From: a virus | Lineage: Duplodnaviria; Caudoviricetes | IMG/VR virus record: IMGVR_UViG_3300033145_002422 | Direction: 5' to 3' (one strand) | DNA: 64,000 nt | Shown here: positions 1-9,901 of the stretch, one piece after another | Numbering within the stretch: position 1 is the stretch's first letter | Layout: each line of letters begins with the position of its first letter | Notes under the pieces: generated by a model | Seen by the model: only the letters and a program-made list of their open reading frames with translations | The model's database searches: none | What the model was told of the DNA's origin: nothing | Made by a program: the position numbers and the translations under genes

Positions 1-1
1 T

Positions 2-622
2 TATATAGAAAAGAAACATGCTAAATCTCAAGAAGTTTTGATGTGTATGTCTTCGTCTAAATGTATGCATGATCCAAAAAGACCAAAACTACCTACGGAA
101 GAGTTTTATCTTAAGAGCGCAAACGAGATGTATAAGATGTTTCAGGTTTATCCTCAGGTAATTACAAACACGGTTGCTCTTGCTAATCGAATTGATAATA
201 AAGATATTGACAATCATTTATTCGGAGGAATGAGATTGCCAAAGTTTGGTATTCCAGAACAATATGAAACTCCTTTTGAGTATCTTAAATTCTTAGCGAT
301 AGATGGATTGAAAAAATTAAATTGGGATAAAAGTAAACCTCATGTTGAGGCTTTGAGAAAAGAATTGATAGATGTTAAAGTAGCGTTGGATAATAATAAT
401 TATGATTTTTCTACATATTTTCTTATAGTAAGAGATATTATACAATTTGCAAAGAGTAAAGAAATTATGTGCGGTGCTGGCCGTGGTTCTGGGTATGCTA
501 GTATTTTGTTGAGATGCTTAGGAATAACTTATGGAGTAGATCCGATAGAGTATGAACTTTTGTGGGAACGCTTTTTAGGATTTGATTCTGCCCACTTCAT
601 AAAAACCACAGATTTCTTCTAA
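2..622 (+). CDS. dnaE: DNA polymerase III alpha, N-terminal half (end of PHP domain, start of palm); 5'-partial
   Basis: Frame open from nt 2 (YIEKKHAKSQEVLMC); motifs YLKSANEM, YFLIVRD, GAGRGSG, LGIT..DP, LLWERFL; stops before PDID. Confidence 0.92.
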   Translation, partial: YIEKKHAKSQEVLMCMSSSKCMHDPKRPKLPTEEFYLKSANEMYKMFQVYPQVITNTVALANRIDNKDIDNHLFGGMRLPKFGIPEQYETPFEYLKFLAIDGLKKLNWDKSKPHVEALRKELIDVKVALDNNNYDFSTYFLIVRDIIQFAKSKEIMCGAGRGSGYASILLRCLGITYGVDPIEYELLWERFLGFDSAHFIKTTDFF

Positions 623-792
623 TTTTAGCCTAAAAACTCAATATTTTGTCAAAACTAACAATAAAAAATGATAGTATTTAATATCATATTGTATATTTTC
701 GGAGTTTTAACTACAGTTTTAATAACAATGTTTACTTCTTAACTGCAAGAGCTTAGAAACAATATTTATAATTTTTTTAGCGGGATGAGAAT

Positions 793-1185
793 ATGTTAGT
801 AATAAAAATAAGAGACAATTTATACATATCGGGTTGCAAGGCAACTGAAGATGATTTAAAGAAACTAGGTATTAACTGCATTCTCAATGTTGCTGATGAT
901 GCAAAAACTATTTTAACAGCATATGGTTCTGGAATACAAAGGAATACCTGTTCATTTGCTGATGATACAGAATCAGCACTAAAAAGAGGAGCTATGGCTG
1001 TTGAATTAGCTGTTGATTTACTGAATGAAGGAAAGATTTTACTTATACATTGTAAAGTTGGTAACAGTAGAAGCCCTCATATAGCTGCTTTAGCATTATC
1101 TCAAATTGAGAAAGTTAGCTACGATCAGATATATGAAGAGATAAGAAGGTTTAGACCTTCTGTAATGAAGTATAGTATGCGATAG
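793..1185 (+). CDS. Dual-specificity (Cys-based) protein phosphatase
   Basis: LYISG, LGINCILNVA and P-loop HCKVGNSRS (HCx5R); C-terminal IRRFRP. Confidence 0.88.
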   Translation: MLVIKIRDNLYISGCKATEDDLKKLGINCILNVADDAKTILTAYGSGIQRNTCSFADDTESALKRGAMAVELAVDLLNEGKILLIHCKVGNSRSPHIAALALSQIEKVSYDQIYEEIRRFRPSVMKYSMR

Positions 1186-1236
1186 TCTTTAATTGATTTG
1201 GATGCAAGTTGGATAGATAAATTAAGGGATATTTAA

Positions 1237-3225
1237 ATGGATAAATATAAAAAAATAAGATCAGAAATTTTGAGTTCTGTTATAACTGATGATGCTGATA
1301 TTCTAAAGAAAGTTGATAAGGAGTTGGATTTTCTTGAAGTAACGGAGGGAATTCACGATGTCAATAATCTTGAGAATTTTTATGATATATGGAAAGAGCA
1401 TAAGGGAAAAACTGGTACTAAGAATGAAGTAAATAGCTGGACTGCATGGGCTGTTGGATTAACAAATAAAAAACCAGACGTTGATGCTGAGTTTATAGCC
1501 GAGAGAAGAATTTTTGCCAGGGCAGGATTCCCTGATATTGATATGGATTTTGATTATTTTTATCAGAATGAAATATATGATTATATTGTTGAAAAATATG
1601 GAAGAGAAGTTGTTGGTAACATAGGAACATACCAAGGTGTGAAATTAAAATCTGCTGTTACAAGAATAGGAAAAGTTCTTGATGTTGCTGGCGCTTTTTA
1701 TAAAGGAAAAGAAGCATATGTATCTGAGAATGAAGCTAAAATTAGAGAGATTATAGATTCTTCTTTGCCTAAAGGTGGAATAGTAAAAACGAGAGATAAA
1801 GAAGGAAAAGCTGTTATTGTCAAAAGTATAAAACAAGCTTATGAATGTTTTCCAGATTTTAAATATTATATGGATAAGTTTCCAGATTTATATAAACATG
1901 CAAAGCAAATTGAAGGAATTAGATCAATATTTGGAGTTCATCCTGCTGGTATCGTAATTTCTAATGTTCCTTTAGAGGGTATAGCCCCTATGAGAAGAGC
2001 AAAAGAAAATTCATTAGCTACTCAATATGATATGGAAGATTTAGAGTCTGTTGGTTTAATTAAGATGGATATATTAGCTTTGTCAACTTTAACGGTTGTT
2101 TCTCAGACTGTTAAAATGATTAAAAATAACTATGGAATAACTATAGATGTAGAGAATTTACCAGTTACTGATGAAAAAACATATGAATTGTTTAGAAGGG
2201 GAGATCTAACTGGAGTTTTTCAATGTGAAAATCCTGGTATGCAACATACTATGAAGGATATTAATGTAGACAAATTTGATGATATTATGGCTGCTATAGC
2301 ATTATATCGTCCAGGTCCAATGGGTTCTATTCCAGATTATTGCATGAGAAAGAAGGGAGAAGCTGATATAGATTATTTCCATGATTCTATTGAACCATAT
2401 GTTAAAAAATATCTTCAAAAAACTTATGGTATTCTTGTATATCAAGAACAATTGATGCAGATATGTAATTCTTTAGCTGGATTCTCTATATTAGATGGAT
2501 ATGTTCTTATTAAAGGCGTTGGAAAGAAAAAGCAAAACCTTATAGACAAATTCAAAAAACAATTTATACAAGGTTGCGTAAAAAATGGTGTTCCAGAAAA
2601 TATAGCTGAAATATATTGGGACAAGTTTATAACTCCATTCGCTTCTTATGGTTTTAATAAATCGCATGCATGCTGTTATGCTTTTTTGTCTTATATTACC
2701 GGATATTTAAAAGCTAACTATCCAGATGAGTTTTTCTGCGTTTATTTAAATGTTGAAAATCAAAGAAAAAATCAAGATAAAATAGATGAATTAATGAAAG
2801 AGATGAAAAAGTTTAATATAAAGGTATCTGATAAGAATATAAATGATTGTGAAGAAGATTATAAAATAATTCAAAAGAAAGATGATTTGTCAGGTGTTCC
2901 AAAAACTATTATAAGTCCTAGTATTATGTGTAAAGGAGTAGGTTATAATGCTGCAAAAGAAATAGCATTGTATAGGCCATATAATAATTTAAGAGATTTG
3001 GCAACAAAAACATCATCTACAGTTGATCAAGATATAGTTGGTTCTTTAGTAGATTTTGGTTTTTTTAGTAAGCAATTTAAAGGAACAAATAAGGGTAAAA
3101 GTAAAGCAAAAAAAATTACTATTGAAAAGTTTAGGCAAAATGTGCAGTTAAAATTTGCTACTATAAGAAAAGATTTGAAAGCAGCTTCTAAGAAGGGTGT
3201 ATTATCTGGAGATTTGTTTGAATGA
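1237..3225 (+). CDS. dnaE: DNA polymerase III alpha, C-terminal catalytic half; no OB/tau-binding tail
   Basis: FPDIDMDF, HPAGIVIS, GLIKMDILAL, GVFQCE, ALYRPGP, YQEQ, YGFNKSHA, HhH KGVG; ends GDLFE (clamp-motif-like). Confidence 0.95.
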   Translation: MDKYKKIRSEILSSVITDDADILKKVDKELDFLEVTEGIHDVNNLENFYDIWKEHKGKTGTKNEVNSWTAWAVGLTNKKPDVDAEFIAERRIFARAGFPDIDMDFDYFYQNEIYDYIVEKYGREVVGNIGTYQGVKLKSAVTRIGKVLDVAGAFYKGKEAYVSENEAKIREIIDSSLPKGGIVKTRDKEGKAVIVKSIKQAYECFPDFKYYMDKFPDLYKHAKQIEGIRSIFGVHPAGIVISNVPLEGIAPMRRAKENSLATQYDMEDLESVGLIKMDILALSTLTVVSQTVKMIKNNYGITIDVENLPVTDEKTYELFRRGDLTGVFQCENPGMQHTMKDINVDKFDDIMAAIALYRPGPMGSIPDYCMRKKGEADIDYFHDSIEPYVKKYLQKTYGILVYQEQLMQICNSLAGFSILDGYVLIKGVGKKKQNLIDKFKKQFIQGCVKNGVPENIAEIYWDKFITPFASYGFNKSHACCYAFLSYITGYLKANYPDEFFCVYLNVENQRKNQDKIDELMKEMKKFNIKVSDKNINDCEEDYKIIQKKDDLSGVPKTIISPSIMCKGVGYNAAKEIALYRPYNNLRDLATKTSSTVDQDIVGSLVDFGFFSKQFKGTNKGKSKAKKITIEKFRQNVQLKFATIRKDLKAASKKGVLSGDLFE

Positions 3226-3571
3226 GTAGTATGGAATTTGAAAACGGAAACGAAATAGAAGGTACATTCTCTTCTGCGACTCAAAGTGGTTGTGTTTAGA
3301 GGTAGTATTTTCAATAAGTAAAACGGATTCTATGAAAATAAGTTCATGCGTTGAGGTTAAAGATGTTTTAATAAAAGCAGTGAATATTAATATTGAAGAA
3401 AATGGTTTAAGGTATGAAGGAAGTTTTATAGTTTCAAAAATATTTTTTGATAAACATTTTGATTATATTACAATAATGTCAAATAATTATAAAAATGTAG
3501 ATGCAGTAGACAAATTTTTTATTTTAAAACAGAAAATAAATAAAATAAAACAACATATTGGAGGAATATAA
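3222..3571 (+). pseudogene. Hypothetical gene, probably frameshifted near 3291-3295
   Basis: ATG at 3222 overlaps the dnaE stop and reads MSSMEFENGNEIEGTFSSATQSGC, then TAG at 3297; the long 3290..3571 frame is joined by removing one GT from ggttgtgttt. Confidence 0.45.
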
Positions 3572-3845
3572 AATGAGCGAAAATGAAGAGGGCGTAAAGA
3601 AGGAAAGACTTTCGAAGATATCAAAGAGTATTTCAAGGAAGTTTAATGTTGCAAAGTATGAAAATTTAGTTATTCATGTTTCATACGAAGAAGAGGTAGA
3701 GTGGGGTGATCTTAAGACGAGACAGAAAAAATCAGAAGATGTGACTAAACTTTTGTTAATTGATTTTGAGCAAACGAAGAAAGAGGTTTTTGAAGAGCTT
3801 GGGTTGGAAGAAAAGACAGCTTTTATGGAAAATCCTCTTGAGTAA
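3558..3845 (+). CDS. Hypothetical phage protein
   Basis: In operon; GGAGG RBS before ATG at 3573. Confidence 0.7.
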   Translation: MEEYKMSENEEGVKKERLSKISKSISRKFNVAKYENLVIHVSYEEEVEWGDLKTRQKKSEDVTKLLLIDFEQTKKEVFEELGLEEKTAFMENPLE

Positions 3846-3874
3846 AAAATGAGTAAAAAATAAGGGAGAATTGA

Positions 3875-5038
3875 ATGAGTAATTCAGATAATGAGTTAAG
3901 TGATATAGAAGATATCTTTGGAATCTCCAAAGATATGAAAAATGCTGAAGAGCAAGATGATGTGGTTGATTTTGATATGGAAGTGGAAAAATTGAATTTA
4001 ACTATGTCAAAGGAAGAGACAGAACAGCCTTTAAAAGAATTGGAAATTGCTGTAAAAAAGAAAGAGAAAAAAACTGTAGAAAGCATAGAAAAAACTATAG
4101 TTCAGAGTATAAATAAAACTAATTTAGAAGATCAAAAAAATAAAGAAATTAGTGTAGAAAAAACTATAGAAATGCCGATAAATATAGTAGAGGATGAGGA
4201 AATTAAAGACGAAGAAAAGTATGTTAATCAAGTTTTGGAAGAGGTAGATGTGATAGAAGAGAATCAAAAAAATAAATTAGATGAAAATGAAAATTGTGAG
4301 GAAGAAATTATTGATTTTGATATCCCAAAGAGTACAGAAATAGAATGGATTATTAAAAGTACTGATAGCAGATTTGAAAATTTTTATGCAGAAAAAAGGT
4401 TATTGTTAAAAGATATTCTTGTTGGCGGTGTTCTTCCGTTTAAAGATCTAATGAAAGAATTAAAAGGAAGTTATGTAGATATATCTCATCCTACATTTGA
4501 TACTGAAATGGCATCTATTAAAATGGATAGAGTTCAGAAAATGAGAGATAGGATATCTCAAATTGCTATAGATTGTAATCAGCAATATTATCCATGGAAG
4601 AGGGGAGTTGAATTGATGCAGGGTCTTCTTGCAAGAACTCAATATGAAAAGCCTGCTGCAAAACAAGATGGTCTTATTTATGAGCATATGAAAGATATAG
4701 AAGTTTATTTTCATAAATTAGAAAGTCTTCATTATTCCATAGATGCAATTACAAGAAATCTAGATGGAGCATTCGATTGTTTATCAAGGAGGGCAACGAT
4801 AGCTTTACCCTCAAGACCTGTAGAAAGAAAATATCTAAGTTCATATGAACATGTTCAAAATATTAATGTAAGTGATCCTAAAGAAAATCCTAAAGAATCT
4901 AAATTTATTGAAGATGTTCCAAATGTTTTATTAGAATATGATTCTCTTCCAGATGATGCTAAAGATAAGGTTACAGAAAATATTCCTTTTAAGAAAAAAC
5001 TTAGAAAATCTGGAAAAGTGTCGTGGAATGAGATATAA
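3875..5038 (+). CDS. Hypothetical protein, acidic N-terminus and coiled-coil core
   Basis: 387-aa ORF with GGAG RBS. Confidence 0.75.
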   Translation: MSNSDNELSDIEDIFGISKDMKNAEEQDDVVDFDMEVEKLNLTMSKEETEQPLKELEIAVKKKEKKTVESIEKTIVQSINKTNLEDQKNKEISVEKTIEMPINIVEDEEIKDEEKYVNQVLEEVDVIEENQKNKLDENENCEEEIIDFDIPKSTEIEWIIKSTDSRFENFYAEKRLLLKDILVGGVLPFKDLMKELKGSYVDISHPTFDTEMASIKMDRVQKMRDRISQIAIDCNQQYYPWKRGVELMQGLLARTQYEKPAAKQDGLIYEHMKDIEVYFHKLESLHYSIDAITRNLDGAFDCLSRRATIALPSRPVERKYLSSYEHVQNINVSDPKENPKESKFIEDVPNVLLEYDSLPDDAKDKVTENIPFKKKLRKSGKVSWNEI

Positions 5039-5084
5039 TAATATAATTAACACAAAAAACTTTTTTTATTAAGGAGAATTATAG

Positions 5085-5771
5085 ATGACTAGCAAATTAG
5101 ATTGGAATTCAGTAGGATCAAATAATAAGTCTGGTTCTGGTGGGAAGAAGTTGAAGAATTTAGAGTTTATTAGATTTACTGGTGGGTCAAATTACAATAT
5201 TAGACCTTTAGGTTGTCCGATTGTTTTTTTGAAGGCTGGTATGATGGTAAATGGCTCTTATCGCTCAGCCATTATTGAAGATCCAGATAGTCCAGTTGTA
5301 AAAAACTTTAGCAACATGAATGTTAATGAGAGGTATGCTGTTAATGTTCTTGATAGATTAGATGGAAAAATAAAAATTATGGAGGGTCCGCTTTCTATTT
5401 TTGGCGAGTTTAAAAGCTATTCAGACCATACTCAAAAGAATCCCGGTTTGTCAGTAGGTGCAGATTTTAGTATAAAGGCCGATGGGGACGGGAAGGAGAG
5501 AAGGTATACAACTAAGTTCTTTAAAAATACTACTCTTACAGATGATGAAAAAGCTATGATTAAAGATCAAGGTTTGTATGATTTGGAAAAGGTATTTAAG
5601 GTAGTTCCTGATGAAGAATTAGAAAATAAGCTTTTAAATACATCTGGTCAACAACAGTATAAGAAGAATGATAATACTGTAGTTGAAGAGTTGGGTTTGG
5701 ATGGGGATATTACTAAGACAGCAGATATAGCAGATACAACAACTAGTGATGATTTAGATTTGGATTTTTAA
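5085..5771 (+). CDS. Phage single-stranded DNA-binding protein (gp32-like)
   Basis: Acidic aromatic-ended tail DDLDLDF; RYAVNVLDR..GKIKIME pattern; directly upstream of recA. Confidence 0.65.
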   Translation: MTSKLDWNSVGSNNKSGSGGKKLKNLEFIRFTGGSNYNIRPLGCPIVFLKAGMMVNGSYRSAIIEDPDSPVVKNFSNMNVNERYAVNVLDRLDGKIKIMEGPLSIFGEFKSYSDHTQKNPGLSVGADFSIKADGDGKERRYTTKFFKNTTLTDDEKAMIKDQGLYDLEKVFKVVPDEELENKLLNTSGQQQYKKNDNTVVEELGLDGDITKTADIADTTTSDDLDLDF

Positions 5772-5790
5772 TTAATAGTAATTTATAAAA

Positions 5791-8127
5791 ATGGAGAGAC
5801 TTTTTATGTCAAAAAATGTAGGTAAAGATATTGTTTTGGAAAATTTGAAGGGTTTCATTAAAAAAGGAGCGTCATCAAATATAATAGGTTGTGTTCCAAC
5901 TGGACATTTTAAGTTAGATTACATTATACATCATGGAGTTTCTCCAGACGAAGTTGATCTTAGCGAAGACAGTGATTACGATCCGTCTAAATTTTTGGGC
6001 ATACCTCTAGGAAAAGTTGTGGAGATTTTTGGAGAAGAGGGAGGAGGAAAATCTTCACTTGCTTATCGAATTGTTGGGTATGCTCAAAAGATGGGTTTAG
6101 ATTGTGCATGGATTGATACTGAGAGATCATTTTCTGATAACTTAGCTTTAATCAATGGCGTTAATAGGGATGAGTTATATTATTCAGATATGATAAATCC
6201 AGAGAATCCTGATGAGCCGTATTATGCTGAAAATGTTTTCGATGCTATTACTACTTTATGTAAAAGCAATATGGGAGTTATAGTATTAGATTCTGTTGCT
6301 AATTTGGTTCCGAAAGCTAGAATGGAAAAGACAGCAGAGCAGGCTACGGTAGGAATTATTGCTAAGCTAATGTCTGAGAATATGGGAAAGATAGTTAATT
6401 ACGCTGCAAAGCATAATACATTAGTAATTTTTATTAACCAGCTTAGAGAAAAAATAGGTATTATGTTCGGATGTTTCCATTATAATGCTAGAGTTGTTCT
6501 AGAGGATGGCTCAACTGAAAAGATCGGCAAAATTGTAAATAATAAGATGGATGTAAAAGTAATGTCTTATAATCCCAAGACTGGAGCAATCGAGCCTAAG
6601 AAGATTATAGATTGGCATGATAATGGCAACTTAGGAGAAGATGAATATTTTCTTCAGATAGTTGCTGAAAAACATGGGGGAAATGGGGTATCTAATATTT
6701 CATGTACTCCCAATCATGTTATTTTTGCTGACCCTATTTTCGATATTAAAAAGAATAGGTGGTTAGCTAAAGAAATGAAAGCGGAAGAACTCCAGATTGA
6801 TGAAGAAGTTTTAGTTGCTCAGCCTTACTATTTGAACGATATTCAAAAGCAAGTTGTTTATGGTTCTATTTTGGGAGATGGCAGCATAAAGGGTGGTAAA
6901 AGGGATGATTCTTGTTCGCATTTGAGACTAGGACATGGAATAGATCAGAAAGAATACTTGGATTGGAAAATTGATATTCTGTCTCCATGGATAGGATGGC
7001 AGGGAGGAAAGAAAAATGGGAAAGCGGTTTTTGCCGACACTATCCCTATGTTTGAACTAAACAAGTGGAAATATAAAACAAGTTTTGGAAATAATTGCTG
7101 CAATGTTATTCCAAATGATGTAGTAAATAATTTAGATGTTTTAGGTCTTTCTATTTGGTATCTGGATGATGGTAGTTTTGGTGGAAACTATTCCAAGTGG
7201 GGAAATGGGAAATCCTATATAGCGTGTACAAAATTTGCAAATAGAGGAAACATGATGGAAGCATTCTATAGACTGGGATTGTCTCCTAGTTTTAGAGATA
7301 GAGGTTTTGTATTTGATTCTGAAAATACTAAGAAGTTGCATTCTTTGATTTGTAAGTTTGTTCCACCTTGTATGGATTATAAATTGCATCCCAACTTCAG
7401 GGGAAAATATGATTTTGTTATAGATGATGATGAACCTCAAATTCGATACGAAGCTGTACCAGCGAGAATTATTAATATCTATAAGAAGCCAGAGACAAGA
7501 ACAAAGAAGAAGTTCGATTTGACTATCGAAGATAATGCTACATATTTAGTAGATGGAGTTGTTGTGCATAATTCACCAGAAACAACTCCAGGTGGAAGAA
7601 GTTTAAAACATAATTCGTCTTTAAGAATAAAAATTTCTAAGAAAAGTGGTAAAGATGCTAATATTTATACTACTAACGATAACGGAAATGAAATTCTTAT
7701 TGGCAGATATGCTTATGTTAGGATAGAAAAAAATAGATTTGCAAAACCTTTTTTTGATTCTTTAGAAGTTCCTATTTACTATGAACCATATTTCCCAGAT
7801 GTAGAAGAAATTATGTTTGATGTTGGTCGCCAAATAAAATTGATTTCTGTAAGAAAAGGTATATATAAATGGGGAGAAAATATTAGAGTAGAAGGGAAGA
7901 AAAATTTTATTGATTATATTCGAATGAATAATTTACAGTTGCAACTTGCAAAAGAAATTGAAGAAAAATCTAAAGAATCAGGAGTTATTTTACCACCAGA
8001 AATAGTGAAATGGATTAGCGATAATAAATTAGAAGAGACAATTATAAAAAATGAGGTTGGAGAATTAGATGAGAAATCAACCAATGAGAAAACTTCTTCC
8101 AGAAGTAGAAAGAAAGAAAATAGTTGA
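5791..8127 (+). CDS. recA: RecA/UvsX recombinase with intein
   Basis: GKVVEIFGEEGGGKS, IVLDSVA, IFINQLREKIGIMFG|intein|SPETTPGG, KNRFAKP. Confidence 0.95.
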   Translation: MERLFMSKNVGKDIVLENLKGFIKKGASSNIIGCVPTGHFKLDYIIHHGVSPDEVDLSEDSDYDPSKFLGIPLGKVVEIFGEEGGGKSSLAYRIVGYAQKMGLDCAWIDTERSFSDNLALINGVNRDELYYSDMINPENPDEPYYAENVFDAITTLCKSNMGVIVLDSVANLVPKARMEKTAEQATVGIIAKLMSENMGKIVNYAAKHNTLVIFINQLREKIGIMFGCFHYNARVVLEDGSTEKIGKIVNNKMDVKVMSYNPKTGAIEPKKIIDWHDNGNLGEDEYFLQIVAEKHGGNGVSNISCTPNHVIFADPIFDIKKNRWLAKEMKAEELQIDEEVLVAQPYYLNDIQKQVVYGSILGDGSIKGGKRDDSCSHLRLGHGIDQKEYLDWKIDILSPWIGWQGGKKNGKAVFADTIPMFELNKWKYKTSFGNNCCNVIPNDVVNNLDVLGLSIWYLDDGSFGGNYSKWGNGKSYIACTKFANRGNMMEAFYRLGLSPSFRDRGFVFDSENTKKLHSLICKFVPPCMDYKLHPNFRGKYDFVIDDDEPQIRYEAVPARIINIYKKPETRTKKKFDLTIEDNATYLVDGVVVHNSPETTPGGRSLKHNSSLRIKISKKSGKDANIYTTNDNGNEILIGRYAYVRIEKNRFAKPFFDSLEVPIYYEPYFPDVEEIMFDVGRQIKLISVRKGIYKWGENIRVEGKKNFIDYIRMNNLQLQLAKEIEEKSKESGVILPPEIVKWISDNKLEETIIKNEVGELDEKSTNEKTSSRSRKKENS
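6472..7572 (+). mobile_element. Intein (367 aa) with LAGLIDADG endonuclease in RecA
   Basis: C1 start CFHYNARV, TPNH block B, GSILGDG and WYLDDG motifs, end VVHN followed by Ser. Confidence 0.95.
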
Positions 8128-8794
8128 ATTATCTCAGCATGAACTTAAAACAAAAGAGGGAAAAAAAGCTTATGAATATTTAAAAGAAGAAAGAAAAATT
8201 ACAGATAAAATAATAGAAGAATTTAGAATAGGTTATATTCCTAATTGGGTAACTAATTTGCATGATGATAAACACGAATTTGCTGGAAGAATAATATTTC
8301 CCATATATAATCAATATGATGAATTAGTTGCATTATCTTCAAGGGATTGGAGACAGGATACTGGAATGAAATTTTTTCATGAAATGTATAGAAAAAGAAA
8401 TTATTTATATGGATTAAATGTAGCTAAGAAAAATATTTTACAAAATAAAAAAGCAATAGTTGTAGAAGGGGAATTTGATGTTTTATCTCTTCATTCTGTT
8501 GGAATCGATTGTGCAGTAGGTATGTTAGGGAGTTCTTTTCATTTGGAGCAAATTTCTTTATTAAGTAGATATTGTCAATATATATATATGTCATTTGACG
8601 GAGATTCTGCTGGAGCAGAGAGTATGAAAAAGGTTTCACTTTTATGTAGTCAAAGAAATTTTAGAAGTATGTTTGATTTGTCTTTAATACCATCTATTTT
8701 ACCAGAAAAAGTTGATCCTGATGAATTTGTACATAGTTATGGAGCAAAGAAGTTTATAGAATTATTAATAAAATCAAAAAATGAATTTTTATAA
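8069..8794 (+). CDS. dnaG: DnaG-type primase (catalytic core/TOPRIM, no zinc-binding domain)
   Basis: FRIGY, RIIFPI, LYGLN, VVEGEFD, FDGDSAG, DPDE. Confidence 0.88.
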   Translation: MRNQPMRKLLPEVERKKIVELSQHELKTKEGKKAYEYLKEERKITDKIIEEFRIGYIPNWVTNLHDDKHEFAGRIIFPIYNQYDELVALSSRDWRQDTGMKFFHEMYRKRNYLYGLNVAKKNILQNKKAIVVEGEFDVLSLHSVGIDCAVGMLGSSFHLEQISLLSRYCQYIYMSFDGDSAGAESMKKVSLLCSQRNFRSMFDLSLIPSILPEKVDPDEFVHSYGAKKFIELLIKSKNEFL

Positions 8795-8810
8795 ATACAA
8801 AGGGAATTAA

Positions 8811-9830
8811 ATGCATATTTTTTATGAATCAATTTCAAAAAAGTCTCAAACTATTTTAGAGTTAATAGATACGTATTGTAGATGGAGAAAAAAAAATGAA
8901 CCTCCTAGAGGATATGAAATTTTTCATCCGTCTGCTTTTGGAAAGTGTCTTAGAAATATGCAGTATTTGCAGTATTCTGAGAAGGGGATTAAAGGTATGA
9001 CCCTTCCAGAAGAAGAATTTTCTGGAAAACAAATACGTTTATTTGATAAAGGCAATGGGATGCATAGTAGATGGGCAAAATATTTTGAAGAAATAGGGAT
9101 ATTAAGGGGAGTGTGGCAATGTTCAAATCCATTATGTAAATTGGTAGATGATGATGGTATAATTAGAGGGACATCTTCCGCAGATGGAGTTTCTGCTATA
9201 GATATATATAAAAAAACTTCAAGATTTTATGGAAAAGAAGAAATACATGGAGTGTTTAAACCTAAAGTTTGTGTTTGCGGGTGTAGGGATTTTAAATATC
9301 ATGAGGTAAGTGTTAAGAGTAAAGAATTAGGAATGTATGGACATGCAGATATGATTTTGGATTTTTCAGTTTTAGAAAAAGATAAGTTTGATAGCGTTAA
9401 AGCCACTTTTGATATAAAGGAATTTCCTACTAAACCAATAGTTATTGATATGAAAACATGTAATAATTTTGCATTTTCAAAATTAAGTAGTAATGGGCCT
9501 TATTCTGCGTATCAGATACAGTTAGTAATTTATTCAAACATATTAGATTGCGAGTTTGGAGTTCTAATTTATGAAAATAAGGATAATTCTGAAGCTAAGG
9601 CATTCCAGATAAATAAGAGCACAGATACTGCTTTTGCTGAAATTAAAAAGCAAGCTAAAACAATGATAGAAATGTCAAAGCATAATATCTTGCCGCCACC
9701 AAGACCAGCATCTAAAGATTGTTTTGAATGTAGAAAATGCCAATTTAGAACTTTGTGTCATAGTTCTAAAATATGGAATGATGATAATCTTAATAAATTA
9801 AGAAAAGAGTTTTATGGAATTTTACTGTAA
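8811..9830 (+). CDS. Cas4-like PD-(D/E)xK nuclease with probable Fe-S cluster
   Basis: PS..GKC, G..MH, GHAD, IDMKT, QLVIY, C-terminal CxxCxxCx5C. Confidence 0.8.
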   Translation: MHIFYESISKKSQTILELIDTYCRWRKKNEPPRGYEIFHPSAFGKCLRNMQYLQYSEKGIKGMTLPEEEFSGKQIRLFDKGNGMHSRWAKYFEEIGILRGVWQCSNPLCKLVDDDGIIRGTSSADGVSAIDIYKKTSRFYGKEEIHGVFKPKVCVCGCRDFKYHEVSVKSKELGMYGHADMILDFSVLEKDKFDSVKATFDIKEFPTKPIVIDMKTCNNFAFSKLSSNGPYSAYQIQLVIYSNILDCEFGVLIYENKDNSEAKAFQINKSTDTAFAEIKKQAKTMIEMSKHNILPPPRPASKDCFECRKCQFRTLCHSSKIWNDDNLNKLRKEFYGILL

Positions 9831-9901
9831 ACTAATGGTTTTTGAGGTAATTATCGATATATTATTTGTACTTAATGTTGACTTTTAATGGAGGATAAAA
9901 T

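Noticed and set aside
668-742. 24-aa hydrophobic ORF (MIVFNIILYIFGVLTTVLITMFTS)
   Set aside because: No RBS; such ORFs arise by chance in AT-rich DNA
623-1236. Self-splicing intron or split intein joining the dnaE halves
   Set aside because: No recognisable group I/II core or intein terminal motifs; both downstream ORFs have their own starts
8811-9830. CRISPR-Cas locus around the Cas4-like gene
   Set aside because: No other cas genes or repeat-spacer array; solo Cas4-like nucleases are common in phages
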